A stretch of 64,000 bases of DNA, taken from NCBI GenBank assembly GCA_965644495.1, contig CBFFSA010000008.1, positions 1 through 64,000 of the forward strand. Reading direction: 5' to 3'. Positions 9,551 to 21,698 of this stretch are shown here, piece after piece. Within the stretch, counting starts at the first letter, position 1, and every line of letters begins with the position of its first letter. A model generated the notes under the pieces. That model ran no database searches and was not told the DNA's origin. It worked only from the letters and a program-made list of their open reading frames with translations. The position numbers were made by a program, and so were the translations under genes. The DNA comes from Perkinsela sp. CCAP 1560/9. Lineage: Eukaryota > Protista > Euglenozoa: Kinetoplastea.

Positions 9551-12362
9551 ACGGCCACCTCCCGCACCCAAGCCAGTTTACAACAAGTATAACTCAAAGC
9601 CAGTGCGTCCTTGGCGCTCATGCAATCGTACCTACGCAACTCAAGCGAACACAGGACCAAAACCAATCCAAGGCAAAACGATTCAAGTTTTTTCCACCTC
9701 AGGCAAATCTAGCCCTATGCCAATTAACACCGGTTCCGCAGTCTCGGTTCCACCCACCGGTCCAAACAAGCAATCCCGCAATTCGGACACAATCCTCGAT
9801 GAACAGAAACATACCACAGACGGAAATCCCAAAACCAATAAATGTCGCGGGGCGACCAGAAGAAAGGGACTGGAGGGATCAAGCCGATTTTCTGTTAAGG
9901 GCAGTGCTCCGGATCACGGATCCAACAATTCGGCAAGCGTTACTAAACCTCTGGTCACCTCGAACATGGGAAACCAGAACGCGCCTAATCAAAGCAATGT
10001 CCCAAAAAGGTTACCCCCTCTCAGAAAGCGGTACCATCGCGTTTATTCGACAAACCTCGGTATCGCTCCAGACCAAGCGAATCTACCTTCGGCACCTTAT
10101 TTCAATTTTAAAAAAATTGAACCATCCAACCCAAAAATCCGAAATGTATTGTCAGGTACTGACGAGGCAAGGGGCAACACAACCGATACATCAAGCTCAT
10201 CCATTACATCCATCCCAGATTCCACGCTTGATAAAAGCCATGTCACGGCCCATGAGCATCGTAACGATGATCGCGTACAAAACAGCATCACGCGCCGGCG
10301 AAATAGCGCATCTCACAAGACAAGACATCATTCTAAACACTCCCACGCGAATAATCATTTATTGGGGGCGCAAAACGAAAACCACCAAAACCCAGCCTTA
10401 TCGGCCAGACAGCTTCACAGTGATCGAAGGCGAGTACACTCAACAGATCTACGAATACATCGCGACCCTCCGGCCGCGCCAACGGATCGCCGATATCACA
10501 ACACAACAAATTACGCGAGTCATGCAACAGGTTCTAGGCCCCAAATACTCCAGCCATTCAATAAAACACGGCGCAACTCATACGCTGATGCAGTCCGTTG
10601 CAGCGGGACAAGCCGATCTGGAGCACGTGATGCGACTGACACATCACAAACATCTCACAACGCTACTTCGTTACTCCGGCGTAAACGAAGCAACCGCAAT
10701 CGCTCTGGGCACGCAAAACGTAACCCGCCTCCTATAAAAAGCGAGCTAGATACGCACAATAGTAAGTTTGAATTTTCGACGAGCATATGGATGCATGATG
10801 ATGATAAAGCAATCTGGGCTCCTCGTCGAAGCATTGGTAGAATACGTCGGAGTACACACAAGCCTACCCCTGGCGAAATGAAATATCCTATCCACACGAA
10901 ACCGGTAAAACCTATGAACATATTAAAGGCCAAAGAAGAAATGTTACCAAGTGTGCGAAAGCGATTCGAATTAATTTATCAATATATAAATCAACCGAAT
11001 GTTTTTCAAAACGAATTGCATGAGTCAAATGAACCGAGTATTAGCTCTATGGATATTAAAGAACTAGTTCGCACGGTCATTATTCAGCAAGTATCAGTGG
11101 AGCAAGAAACCGAAAGACCAACAAAAGGAGTGGTGAAACCTTTTGCTACTCTTGAAGTCCGTGATGATGGCCCCAGACGAAGATTCATAGTCTGGCCGCA
11201 AGCACATAACGAAGCGGTTAAAACATTATACGAAGCACAAGTACCGATTTCGCAACCATATACGTATGTCCCAAGAATCTCACATTCTGGCGCCATCAAG
11301 AGAGATTTGATGTGTGGGTTCTACCAGGTACCGCTGTCATATGAAGCGCGGGCGTTCTACCGATTTAAATATCGCGGTATGGTATACGAAATGGCGCGAT
11401 TGCCAATGGGACATGCATGTGCACCGGAATTGCAACATATTCTTACTGCAGTTCTCGCGGGGCATCCTGATTATGCGCGGAATTCATACCCACAAAAAGG
11501 AGACATTGATATATACCTTGACGGTTTTCGATGGAGTGGTGCGACATGTCAGAGGGATGAGTACGAGACATGGGTTGAAAACAGAGCTAAAAAGCTGGAT
11601 ATGACTTTCAAACCGTCGGAATCTGTCAACGGCACGGCTTACGACTTCCTCGGCGTTTCTTACAATCATAAAGATAAACTATTCCGTCTGTCCCAGCGCT
11701 TTGTTAAAAAATTGCCGAAAGACATGCCCGTAAAACTCCCTTTTCACGAATTGGAGACTCTAACTGCAAGATTAATATACGCAAGTTCAATATTAAACAT
11801 TCACTTATCCCGCTTTTATTGGGCAATTAAGTTTGCAAGGCGCCAAATCGCCCGTGCGAATAAACAATTCATCTGCGATTCTTCTACTATTTTCTTACCG
11901 TCTTGCGTAATCGAACAATTCAGGACCTGGTTGCAACTTGTTGTCCGCAATCCGTGGACACTCTTCACCGCGCCTCGTCAAGGAAAACGTGCAACATTAT
12001 ACACGGACGCCTCGCTATCAGGATGGGGGGCAGTTCTGATGCTTCCCTCAGGAGCAGTATACGCTACAGGTGCCGCATGGCCTCGGAAAATGGAAATAAA
12101 TGAAGGTGAAACCCAGGCTGTGGAACATGCATTGCGACAATTCCAGCAACATTGGAGCAACATTGCGGCCATTGATCTCCGCGTTGACAATACAAGCGCC
12201 GCAGCAGCACTGCGGAAAAAATGGAGAGACTCAGAATCAATTTCACGCGTTCTCGCTCGGATAATGAAATATGCGGAATATTACAAGTTAAAAATCACTC
12301 CATCCTACGTACGTTCAGCCGAAAACCTTGCCGATAAATGGAGTCGGATATACGCAGCATAG
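9270..12362 (+). CDS. RT-RNase H polyprotein of YR1
   Basis: DLMCGFYQVP, LPMG, YLDG, FLG; RNase H motifs YTDAS, E, DNT, NLAD. Confidence 0.88.
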   Translation: MVTQTTFRPNMQYPVILLIPSEICCTEASTMHVPILLLLALQLTPPILLHAHIYRRAEAEAHQTLHSEGGAQEQVSNAVRFFTEGGMAYKAANRRPPPAPKPVYNKYNSKPVRPWRSCNRTYATQANTGPKPIQGKTIQVFSTSGKSSPMPINTGSAVSVPPTGPNKQSRNSDTILDEQKHTTDGNPKTNKCRGATRRKGLEGSSRFSVKGSAPDHGSNNSASVTKPLVTSNMGNQNAPNQSNVPKRLPPLRKRYHRVYSTNLGIAPDQANLPSAPYFNFKKIEPSNPKIRNVLSGTDEARGNTTDTSSSSITSIPDSTLDKSHVTAHEHRNDDRVQNSITRRRNSASHKTRHHSKHSHANNHLLGAQNENHQNPALSARQLHSDRRRVHSTDLRIHRDPPAAPTDRRYHNTTNYASHATGSRPQILQPFNKTRRNSYADAVRCSGTSRSGARDATDTSQTSHNATSLLRRKRSNRNRSGHAKRNPPPIKSELDTHNSKFEFSTSIWMHDDDKAIWAPRRSIGRIRRSTHKPTPGEMKYPIHTKPVKPMNILKAKEEMLPSVRKRFELIYQYINQPNVFQNELHESNEPSISSMDIKELVRTVIIQQVSVEQETERPTKGVVKPFATLEVRDDGPRRRFIVWPQAHNEAVKTLYEAQVPISQPYTYVPRISHSGAIKRDLMCGFYQVPLSYEARAFYRFKYRGMVYEMARLPMGHACAPELQHILTAVLAGHPDYARNSYPQKGDIDIYLDGFRWSGATCQRDEYETWVENRAKKLDMTFKPSESVNGTAYDFLGVSYNHKDKLFRLSQRFVKKLPKDMPVKLPFHELETLTARLIYASSILNIHLSRFYWAIKFARRQIARANKQFICDSSTIFLPSCVIEQFRTWLQLVVRNPWTLFTAPRQGKRATLYTDASLSGWGAVLMLPSGAVYATGAAWPRKMEINEGETQAVEHALRQFQQHWSNIAAIDLRVDNTSAAAALRKKWRDSESISRVLARIMKYAEYYKLKITPSYVRSAENLADKWSRIYAA
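9799..10737 (+). CDS. Tyrosine recombinase of YR1, overlapping the RT ORF in another frame
   Basis: ASRAGE, KT, HSIKHG, THH, LLRY pattern; paralogues in YR2 and YR3. Confidence 0.85.
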   Translation: MNRNIPQTEIPKPINVAGRPEERDWRDQADFLLRAVLRITDPTIRQALLNLWSPRTWETRTRLIKAMSQKGYPLSESGTIAFIRQTSVSLQTKRIYLRHLISILKKLNHPTQKSEMYCQVLTRQGATQPIHQAHPLHPSQIPRLIKAMSRPMSIVTMIAYKTASRAGEIAHLTRQDIILNTPTRIIIYWGRKTKTTKTQPYRPDSFTVIEGEYTQQIYEYIATLRPRQRIADITTQQITRVMQQVLGPKYSSHSIKHGATHTLMQSVAAGQADLEHVMRLTHHKHLTTLLRYSGVNEATAIALGTQNVTRLL

Positions 12363-12627
12363 ACCAGCACAAGAAAGTATCAAAAGATGCAATAAACTAA
12401 ATAACTCAAAAAATACATGAATCATACATACATGCATATACAAAAAAAAAAAAAAAAATACATCTCCCCCAACCCCCCACAGAACGGACGAGTTCTGTAA
12501 CCATACGCGATCACAGACACTGAAATGAGTTAGACTGTGGGTATTAGGGTGCCTTCGGTCCAGCCCAACAACTGCATACACTATGATTACGATACTAGAC
12601 TCAGCGATTGGACGAACTAGCGAATAG

Positions 12628-13210
12628 GGAGGCTATTGAAGTAGTTTCCCATTCGTTAGTACTGTGAGAAAATGAATTATAGTAGCGCTACTAAGTGACA
12701 TATGTTGTTTTACTTTATACTTTATATATTGTCGTACAAACATATTCGATGGATTTGACGAAGGGTAGGGTTACATTAATGTATTTTACACTTCATTTGA
12801 GTTTTTCAATCTTCACGAATACAATTTTATACGAATGCGCTGATTATGAGAACTTGTGAAAGTAATCTGCGTATTCAATTTAGTTCAATACACACGAATA
12901 TTTCAGCACGTAAAGCATAATATTTTACTATATACCAAGGAAAGTGTTTATATCCACGTTTAAAAAGTTTTTCCCACCCACCCGCCCGGAGGCTATTGAA
13001 GTAGTTTCCCATTCGTTAGTACTGTGAGAAAATGAATTATAGTAGCGCTACTAAGTGACATATGTTGTTTTACTTTATACTTTATATATTGACGTACAAA
13101 CATATTCGATGGATTTGACGAAGGGTAGGGTTACATTAATGTATTTTACACTTCATTTGAGTTTTTCAATCTTCACGAATACAATTTTATACGAATGCGC
13201 TGATTATGAG
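12628..13210 (+). repeat. Split direct repeats of YR1: B1 12628-12850, spacer (putative A2) 12851-12987, B2 12988-13210
   Basis: 223-bp direct repeat with 1 mismatch, downstream of RT/RNH. Confidence 0.85.
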
Positions 13211-15735
13211 TTGATGCCATACGTCATCGAAACGATCTTTTGTCTGCGAATTCATTAAAGCTCTTACCTTCTCTAGCTGAATAGCTGAAACCTTGGTAAC
13301 ATGCAGAGGTACAGTGTCCCTCTGTTCTCTTGTTGAGAGTTTTGTTCGCCGATGCATTCTACTTAACGTTCTTTTCTGTGCCGGTAATAGGCTTTCATTC
13401 AAAGCAATCCAATCTCCATTCATCAAATTGTTCGGCTTATTTATAGTCTTCGCGTGGTATTTTGAGTTCCGAGTGCAAGTGCCGTCGCTTCGCTGGGCCC
13501 CGCGTATCTCAAAAGTGTTGCCACCTGCTTGTGATGAGAGAGCCTCATGACTTGTTCGAGGGACTGATGCTCCGTAGCTACGTGGTGCATTAGACTGGTG
13601 ATGGCTCCATGTTTGAGGGAATGGGATGTGTACTGGAGACCCATGTGATGTTTGAGGAAACGGGAAATACTGGTGGTTGTAAGTGTACTGATTTTCTGGT
13701 TCGATTTTATATTCTTCACATAGTTGTAAATAAGGGTCGTACTCGGGCCTTCGATAACAACCATGTTGTCCGGTCGAAAAGTCTGATCTTTGCTAGTCTT
13801 GGTTTTCGCACCCCATTTGATAACTATAGTAAAGGTCTTAATAAAAGTAAAGGTCTTAATAAAAGTAAAGGTCTTAATAAAAGTAAAGGTCTTAATAAAA
13901 GTAAGTAGCATTGTCATGCTTTCCGATTGAGTCAGATTCTTTGGATATTTTTTTTTTTCACATAACTATTCTGTTCGGAGTTCTGACCACAAAATCTCGA
14001 CCCACAAGATTGCAAACCTCGCCAACCCGCGAAGCCGTTTTGAACGCTAAATGCATTACCGCAGCCATCTCCTTTGACATGATCGGTGTAGGCCGTTCTA
14101 TAGCTTGACGATTCATCGGCGCTGCTTGTCTCCGAGGGATAACCGTCCCACGCCTGACCAATGCCTTCGAATACATTTCTGTCTGAGTTGTAGGTCTGCG
14201 CAGTCGGCGGAGTACCGAAATCAAATGTCGCAGGTATACCAATTTGGTTTGAATGGTGGTATGTATTCGTATGATATACAGGACCACACCCTGGTCCGTG
14301 AGCGGCAATCTGCGGCGCCACATGTCCAAAATCAGGCGTGCCCTCGTATTCCATGTTGAGGTGGCCCATATTCCGCGTATTTTCTCTCTGATTTCCGGAT
14401 TCGTGACCTGCAATACGTTGTTGAGGATAAAGTCGGACGAGGCTGTTTGGATTCCAGACGTTCGCATATTTGTTTCTCTGATCGTACCACCGCATCTTTG
14501 GGTGACCTGTGATATCGCATTCTTCGTGACTCGAGATTTCTTCCACACTGTATTGTTCACGTTTGTGGTCTTGGGGCGAACGTTTGGCTTCTTGATCTTC
14601 TGCTTTGGAGCGAGGTTTCCGGTATTTTTCGCTATGGTGTTCGTATTTGACTTGCTTTTGTATTGTTTCCGAATTTGAAGTGAAATTTTTGTTTTTATTT
14701 TTACTGACTTGCAATTTTGCACTGAAATTTTTGTTTTTAGTATCTGTTGCTGACTTTGAATTCTGCTTTTCTGGCATGATAATGCTATTTTCACTGGCAA
14801 AGGAAGTTTGTATAGAGACTGATTTTGAACTTTTATATGTTTTGTTTTTAACTGGCTTTGGAGGGGGTGGAGTACTGGGAGTCACATTCGGCGGCCAGCG
14901 CCCCCCGCGGAGAAATCCGATGTGGGTGAGTACTGGGTCTTTCTGTTATTGTCCGAGGTGTAAGAGTGAGTTGAGTTTGGGATTAGGAAGGTGGTAGTTT
15001 CCCACATTATTCCTAATAACGACAGTTTTCTGCTCTTCAAATTCACCTTCTTCTATCGGAATACCGCGCCATGTTGTTGCTTCGCTTGGAGAACTTGTGG
15101 CCGCAAACCAAGTTACTTCTACCTCCAAGTCATATCGTGCAATCTTGTCCAAGATCTCCTGCACCTTAGAAGAAAGATTTTCTGGCTTGATGACAGGTAA
15201 GCTTGCGTACAACGCATTGGTAGCACTGTCCACGCAACAACGAAAAGTATTTGTCATGTCTTGGCGATCTTTCCGAACTGAGAAGGGAAAAGTTGAATGT
15301 GGCACTGCTTGTGTAGAGGGAGGTTCCGCCGACGAGGAACGAGACTGAAAAGCCTTCATTTCGTCGCGCACTATCCCTTGTAACTCTTTTCTCAACACTT
15401 CCTGTACATCTTGTCGGATGGTTCGGAGCACATCTTCTTGAACAATCGCCATTCGCGATGTTAAATTTTCTAGCGATTGGTCAAGACGACTTACTCTGGT
15501 GGGTATATCACTGGTGCATTCCAACGAGTCCACACTTTCTACAGGATCGTCCCGACCTGGAGTTTGAAAAACCACTGGAGCTTCTTCCTCGCGTGTGCGC
15601 GCCCGTGTAGATACCATCCCAAAAAATGTAGTATTACAGTAGGAAAACAAGAAAAATTGCTATACGACGAAAAGTATCAATTTATAATACAATTAGTCAC
15701 TGACATTCTATATTTCCCACTTCGGTGAATTATTA
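13211..15735 (-). mobile_element. YR retrotransposon YR2, degenerate (gag 14946-15650, YR 13441-14800 interrupted, RT start cut at 13211)
   Basis: ASRVGE, HSLKHG, SHH, LLRY; PLHVTK RT leader; 5' end TAATAATTCAC resembles YR3 TAATAGTTCAC. Confidence 0.82.
13828..13904 (-). repeat. 18-bp tandem array (TTTATTAAGACCTTTACT)x4 inside a 134-bp insertion (13828-13961)
   Basis: TSD ATAACTAT at 13820-13827 and 13962-13969; removing the insert restores PNRIVIKWG. Confidence 0.93.
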
Positions 15736-15740
15736 TCCTT

Positions 15741-17074
15741 AAAGTCTCGTAACCGGCCGAAGGCTTTCGCCAGGAGGGTACTGTTTGCTGAGGCCAAGTT
15801 GATGTCATCAATGAAGGCAAAGATTTTGATTCCAGGAAATTCTTCTGCCAGCGTCTCGAGTATTGGTTGCATCAAAGCGCAAAAGTAGAGCGTCGAGAGA
15901 GGGGAGCCTTGACGCACGCCAGAGGAACTTTGCACCACTCCTGCAAATTTCCCGTCTGCGCCGTAGAAAAGAAGCTCGGATGGATCTGCGTACTCAGCTG
16001 TGAACATCCTTCTGAAAGGTCTCAGTGTGGAAAAACCGAAAACACATCTTGATATGTCGTCGCGGGACGGCGAGTAGAATGCGTTACGGAGGTCTACCGA
16101 AAGAATCGCATGCCCTAAGCGATGTAAGTCAGTTAATTTGTGTATTACTTTTTCGCAACCGCTCTTCATCATTACCCCGTATTGGTATGGCGCGAACAGT
16201 GGGGGTAAAGACTTTTCATAGCGCTGAAGAAGAAGTATTTCCGCGAGTTTCAAGATTACCTCACCCATTGCAATCGGTCTGACACCATTGTCCGGTTTTG
16301 GAAGCGCTAGGAGCCTGGCTCGTTTAATTCGGTGCATGATATCTTTGGACAGATTTCCATTTACCAAATCCCTCATCATGTGGCAGAGGCATGAGCAACA
16401 GATCTCGTCATCGAGAAGAATGCGTAGGATACCGTCCGTCATGCCAGAAGGACCTGGAGCAGCCCCCTTTGCCAGACGTCTGCCTGCTTCTCGCAATTCA
16501 ACGGATGTGACACATGCGATAGCGGGTGCATCGGTGGGGAGTTGGAAACTTCAGGGCAATTGTGGGTGAAGAGTCTCTAACTTTGCAAGAGTTTCAGCGT
16601 CGGATAATCGATCTTTTCTTACCTCTACACTGTATGTCCAGAACCTTTGTTGCTTTGGAGGTGCAACCCTCCAAAGCAAGACGGATAGCTTTTTTTGCCG
16701 CACGTATATCTGCCTTTTCGAGGTTTTCCTCTGCAGGTGAACACTGGGACACCTCATGGGGATGCAGCTTCCGCCGCCGCTTCTTGCCTGCAGTTTCTCG
16801 GATTGTGGCTAATGAATGTTTCGTAGCAGACATCAAACGGTGCCATATTCTATTGCGATACTCGTAATTGCTGTCGGGATAATCTCGAAGTATGTCTCTA
16901 AAAGTCATCACGACTCCAGGAATATATTAGGCAGGTATGGTACGCATGGTGGGCAGCGGCTCGAAATCTAGATCCTGTTCCGTAGTAGAAGTAGTATTAA
17001 GCTGATCTGTGTTATGTAGCTCTTCTTCGACATTCTTTCCAGATAATTTTGTAGACACGGACGTTGTTATGTGG
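15741..17074 (-). pseudogene. CRE family 1 RT fragment with frameshifts
   Basis: GAAPGPSG, RPIAMGE, GVRQGSPL, FIDD motifs. Confidence 0.88.
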
Positions 17075-17850
17075 GGACAATAAATTACCCCCATTTTGTT
17101 TAATTACCCCCTTTTTGTTTAATTGTCCCCTTTTTGTTTAATTGATTGATTTTAAGGGCATTTATACCATAGGGACGTACCCTCCCGGAGATAGCCGGGC
17201 ACTATAAAATTAGCTGCTTTTAACCGCGCGCGCCAGGCTATGAAAATCATAGCTTTTGCCATGCGTCACAGTTTTTAGGCCGTGGGCATTACAGACTGCA
17301 CAGCGGCCAAGCATCCAATGATTATTAGTTAGTACGTATGGGTATCTACCCTAGTTTCCTAGTGTTTTGTTCTGTTAACACCGGGTAACCCCATACGCGG
17401 GAAAGAATTCTGTCCTAGTTATTTAGTACCTTGATATATTGGTGCCGGGCACACTCTTTCCGCGGCGTTCCTCACACCCTAGTTCTTCGGCGCCTTGTTT
17501 TGTTGGCGCCGGGTGCTAGAATTGCGTTTTGCATTAAAACAATCTCACCGTATTTTCTGCCTCCCGGGGGCGTTCGGTTTTTACCGCCTTCTTTCTCGCC
17601 ACCCTCCGCTCCGGGAACCGGGCTTTCACCTTCTGCCCACTTATTCTGCACGAAAGGCTTTCGCCTTAGGTTTATCATCTCTCGCGTGCAGGTTACTGCG
17701 GTGATTTTGCGTCGTACCGATGTGTCATTTCGTGGAGGCGGATAAGAAGGTGACGGGGACCGTGGCACAGGGGGAGATGACGCACTCGTTGGACGTGGCG
17801 GGGAAATTGGGCATGGCAGCGCAGGAAGGGGTGACGGCCCACGCAACGGC

Positions 17851-17952
17851 AAGCTGAATCTAAAGATGAGATAAGCTAATACTTTAATTTTTTTTCTGAT
17901 GATTAGAGACTAATTTTCTGCGTCTGCCGATTTGATAAATAGCTATGCATCT
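17851..17952 (-). other. Near-exact inverted copy of 8588-8688 (CRE ORF end and 3'UTR)
   Basis: Reverse-complement match, differing by one T in a homopolymer. Confidence 0.9.
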
Positions 17953-19241
17953 TCGACTGTCAAGAATAGCTAAACGTATCGAAAGGAACAGTCAAAAATG
18001 TGCGAGGAAGAGCTGGAAAAGGAAAAATAAGCCTGGAGTATTTCGGAATACACGGACACAAACAGGGTAAATCATTCAGTGGCTTCCTTCCTCCACAGTC
18101 CAATGTGCGTGTCTATCATCTTGTTTGGAAAAACGGAGAAGGAAACTATGATCTTTCGCAAGCCGCAAGCGATCCAGCACTCAACGATTCCTCGATGGCG
18201 TACAATCACACAACTGCGGACATGAATTTTGAACCAATCCCGACACAACGCAATATAAGTCCCGAATATGCTTCATGCGTTGTCGCCATATTTCGAGGAA
18301 TAATTGGTGACTATAAGGAATGCAATTATGGTGAGAAAAATCTTATATGGAATCGCGCCTTATCAGCCGTTAAGTACTCACTCACAACCGTCCAGATAGC
18401 CGAGGACAAACGCAGACGGCGACGTCCACTGAAAGAAAGCCTTGAATCAACCACATGGCCTCAACAAGAAATCGACAAACGAGCAATTAAAAAAGCTATT
18501 CGATTAGTGCTGGAAGGTGCAGTCTCAAAAGCCACTAAAGTACTAGACAGGAAAATCAAGCCAAACACTCTATCCGACGAAGAAATTTTCTCCCAGCTTA
18601 AAATATTGCATCCGGATGGCCCGATAACATTTCATTTGCCTCATGATGCACCCAAAATCGCATGCATTACAACCGAGGAGCTCCGTTCTGCAGGACGTCG
18701 TTAGGCAAAGGGGGCAGCACCAGTCCCCACAGGACTGACCGACGGCATCATTCGTGTACTGTTAGATGATGAAGTCTGTTGCATAAACTTAAGCCACATG
18801 CTTCTCGATTTAATCAATGGGTGTCTGTCCAAACAGCTCATGACACGCCTGCGACGCGCTCGACTTGTTGCCCTCCCCAAAGCCGGAGGTCGCGTACGGC
18901 CTATTGCGATGGGAGAAATCCTCCTAAAACTTGCTGGCCTTGTTCTGCTACAACGAAACGAAGGGACTCTAGAAAGTCTCTTCAAGCCAATGCAACACGG
19001 CGTAATTATGAACGGAGGATGTGAACAAGTGGTCCATAAACTACACGCTTTGTACAATGACGGACATGCAATTCTTTCTCTGGATGTCAAGAATGCCTTT
19101 AACGTCCCCACCCGCGACGACATTGCGAAAGCAATGTTTGCCTTCCACACGATGAAACCATTCCAAAGGCTGTTTCACAGCGAATATTCAGAGAGCTCGG
19201 AGTTGTTATTCTACGGTTCAAGTGGCAACCTCCATGGAATA

Positions 19242-21266
19242 CAGTGAAGCCAAAATTTAATGTCGCTAATATTCGTGGGACAAAAATTAATGTTTTTTTT
19301 ATTAAAAGTGGTCGTTATTTCGGTTTTCCGGAGTAAAATCTTTTTTTTGTCATTATTTGAACCCTCTGTTATGGATATCCAAAATCACTTCATCACTGCT
19401 AACGCCATCGAACTTGGTAGAAACATGCAGTCGACTGCGAAAAACTTAAATCGCGAAGAGCGCGAGTGGCTTTTCGAGAATACGCGAGGCGAGTGCAAAA
19501 ACGCTCTCGTACATGAGCGATTTTTAGAACGTTTTGGCCGCGTCATTTCTATATCGTGCGTAGGGTTATACAAAGGCATGAAGGATTTAAACGAAATGGG
19601 CTCACGTGGTCTCCATAATATACTGAATGATCAGGAGTCATCTCTTCTCCTGCGAGTATTCGACCAATTACGTGAACAAAGTATCCCTATTTACGCATCA
19701 CTTATAGCAAGCGTCGCCCGAGGAATCAAAGAGGGTTGTTCACCTAGATCCACGACTTTGAATGGGGGTTGTCTAAAGTTTTCTTCCTCTTGGGCAAAGG
19801 ATTGGATGAAAAGAAATAACATACGCGTGCGTCATGCCACAAGCGACCGTACCGTGACTCCAGGCGAAGTAATCGAATCATCTAAGAAATTTTTCTCGCA
19901 ACTTGAGGTCTTCAAAGGTATATGCGATGAAGAGTTTGTATTCAATTCTGACGAATTTTTTGTGTGTTTGGGATTAGGCAGATCGAACGCTACTTGGACA
20001 TGGGAGCGCATTGATCGCGGAGAATCGTGTACAATCTGTTCGTAAAGAAAAACAGGGATTCACTTGCAATGTTTTGTCATCTGCGGCAGGAAGTGTTAAG
20101 ATGTTGCAATTCATTTACCAAGGAACAAGTCGTGTATTTGTAAACACAGGCAATGACCCACGCGTTCTTCAATGTGCCAGAAAAGAATCTCATTTCCAGG
20201 ATTCTTCAACTTGGTCGACTTTTTTAGCGCGTTTTAAAGAAATAGTTTCTTTGGAGCGTGAAGCGCAAAAGAAACCGGAAGCTCGGGCTCTTCTGATCAT
20301 TGATGAAGCGACCCAGCATGGTAGTACAGATTCTATCCTTCAGGATGCGTCTTGTGGAGTAGTTTAAAAAAATGACTCACGTATTTCAGCCAGCGGATCA
20401 GTTCATTATTTCTGGGTTAAAAGAGCGTGCTGTGCAACTTTATAACAGTGATATAGCCCGTATTTTTTCGCGCTCTGAGAACAGCACGGCAGTATCTAAT
20501 ATGGTACGCACATCCCGCACTCTCTGTCGCGAAAAAAAGGTTTCCTATATCATCCAAGCAATGAATGAAATTTCTCCTGCGCAAATTCTTGCCTCTTGGG
20601 AAGTTACAGAAATACCCAAGGTTTTGTTTGGTGAAGTAAAAACGCGCTCTTCTCGCCTTGATGCGTATAAAAACTTACAAACTCAGTTAGGATCATCAGG
20701 GGACAACATATTCGTTGACGCGGATGATCAAGAGCAAACTCCATTGCCTATACCAAACGACGAGATAGCTACCTCCAATTTACCTAGTGAAAGAAGAAAA
20801 CGCGGACGCCATCGGAAAATACTATCGAGTGGGGACCTCGAAACGCAGCGACGCGAAGCCGAAGATATTGCCAATCTGCGCCACCGCCTACGCGGAATGA
20901 CACGTAAGAGTAGAGAGCAATATAAGTCCGCCAAAGAATTGCACATTGACATCCTATGGAATACGGCCGCGCAATTGATCAAACTGGATTCGCTCAATAT
21001 AGTCATGAAAGAAATGATGAGTAATGATTACTTCTTTATTGGTAAACTTTTGAATTTCCAGAGAGCTTTCATTAGTTATTTTGGGGTTTTTTACGCCGTG
21101 TTATGGACATACTGTAATACTTTTTCTCCTCTCGAAATTTTTCTAGCTCTCTGGCATTTTTTGTTTCGCCATACAAATATTAGTGGGACAAAAATTAACA
21201 TTTTTTTAATTAATATTTGCACGGGTCCAACACTAATTAAAAAAACATTAAATTTTGGCGGCAGTG
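19242..21266 (+). mobile_element. pogo/Tc1-mariner-type DNA transposon with frameshifted DDD transposase
   Basis: TA TSD at 19240-41 and 21267-68; imperfect TIRs CAGTGAAGCCAAAATTTAATGT / CACTGCCGCCAAAATTTAATGT; FSSSW..W, NSDE, LIIDEATQH, FQPADQ motifs. Confidence 0.88.
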
Positions 21267-21698
21267 TAGTTAATAGCACAACAGGGGTCCGACAGGGTTC
21301 ATCGTTATCTACGTTATACTTCTGTACATTTTTCCAGCCATTGCTGGAAACGATGGCACATGAATTTCCCGAACTATATATCTACGCATACATCGATGAC
21401 GTAAATTTTGCTTCTAAAGATCTTGCGCTCATTAGCACGGCTTTCCAGCGGTTTAAGGTACTTCTTCAGGAGAAAAGAATAGAGCTGTCATGCCAAAAAT
21501 GCGTTTGGTTCACCGGGAAGAATGACATCGCAATGCCTGATACTCTAGAGTGTCAAGGCACTTCAACAGAAGCTGAAGCCGCCAAATTTCTCGGTGCCTT
21601 TGTTGGAGAGAATCAATCCGTAAGTTCGAAATTAGTTCAACAACTCGAAAAGCATGACACCATTTTCCGGAGGCTGGAGGCCATGGGCGCTAATAATA

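Larger units (their letters stand above)
2479..13210 (+). mobile_element. YR retrotransposon YR1 (VIPER/TATE-like; gag-YR-RT/RNaseH), 5' end lost, gag interrupted by a CRE insertion
   Basis: Gag-like pieces 2479-2727 and 8846-9550 rejoin as ...TWLG|KPAFAEDG...; YR and RT/RNH ORFs follow; terminal B-x-B repeats. Confidence 0.8.
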
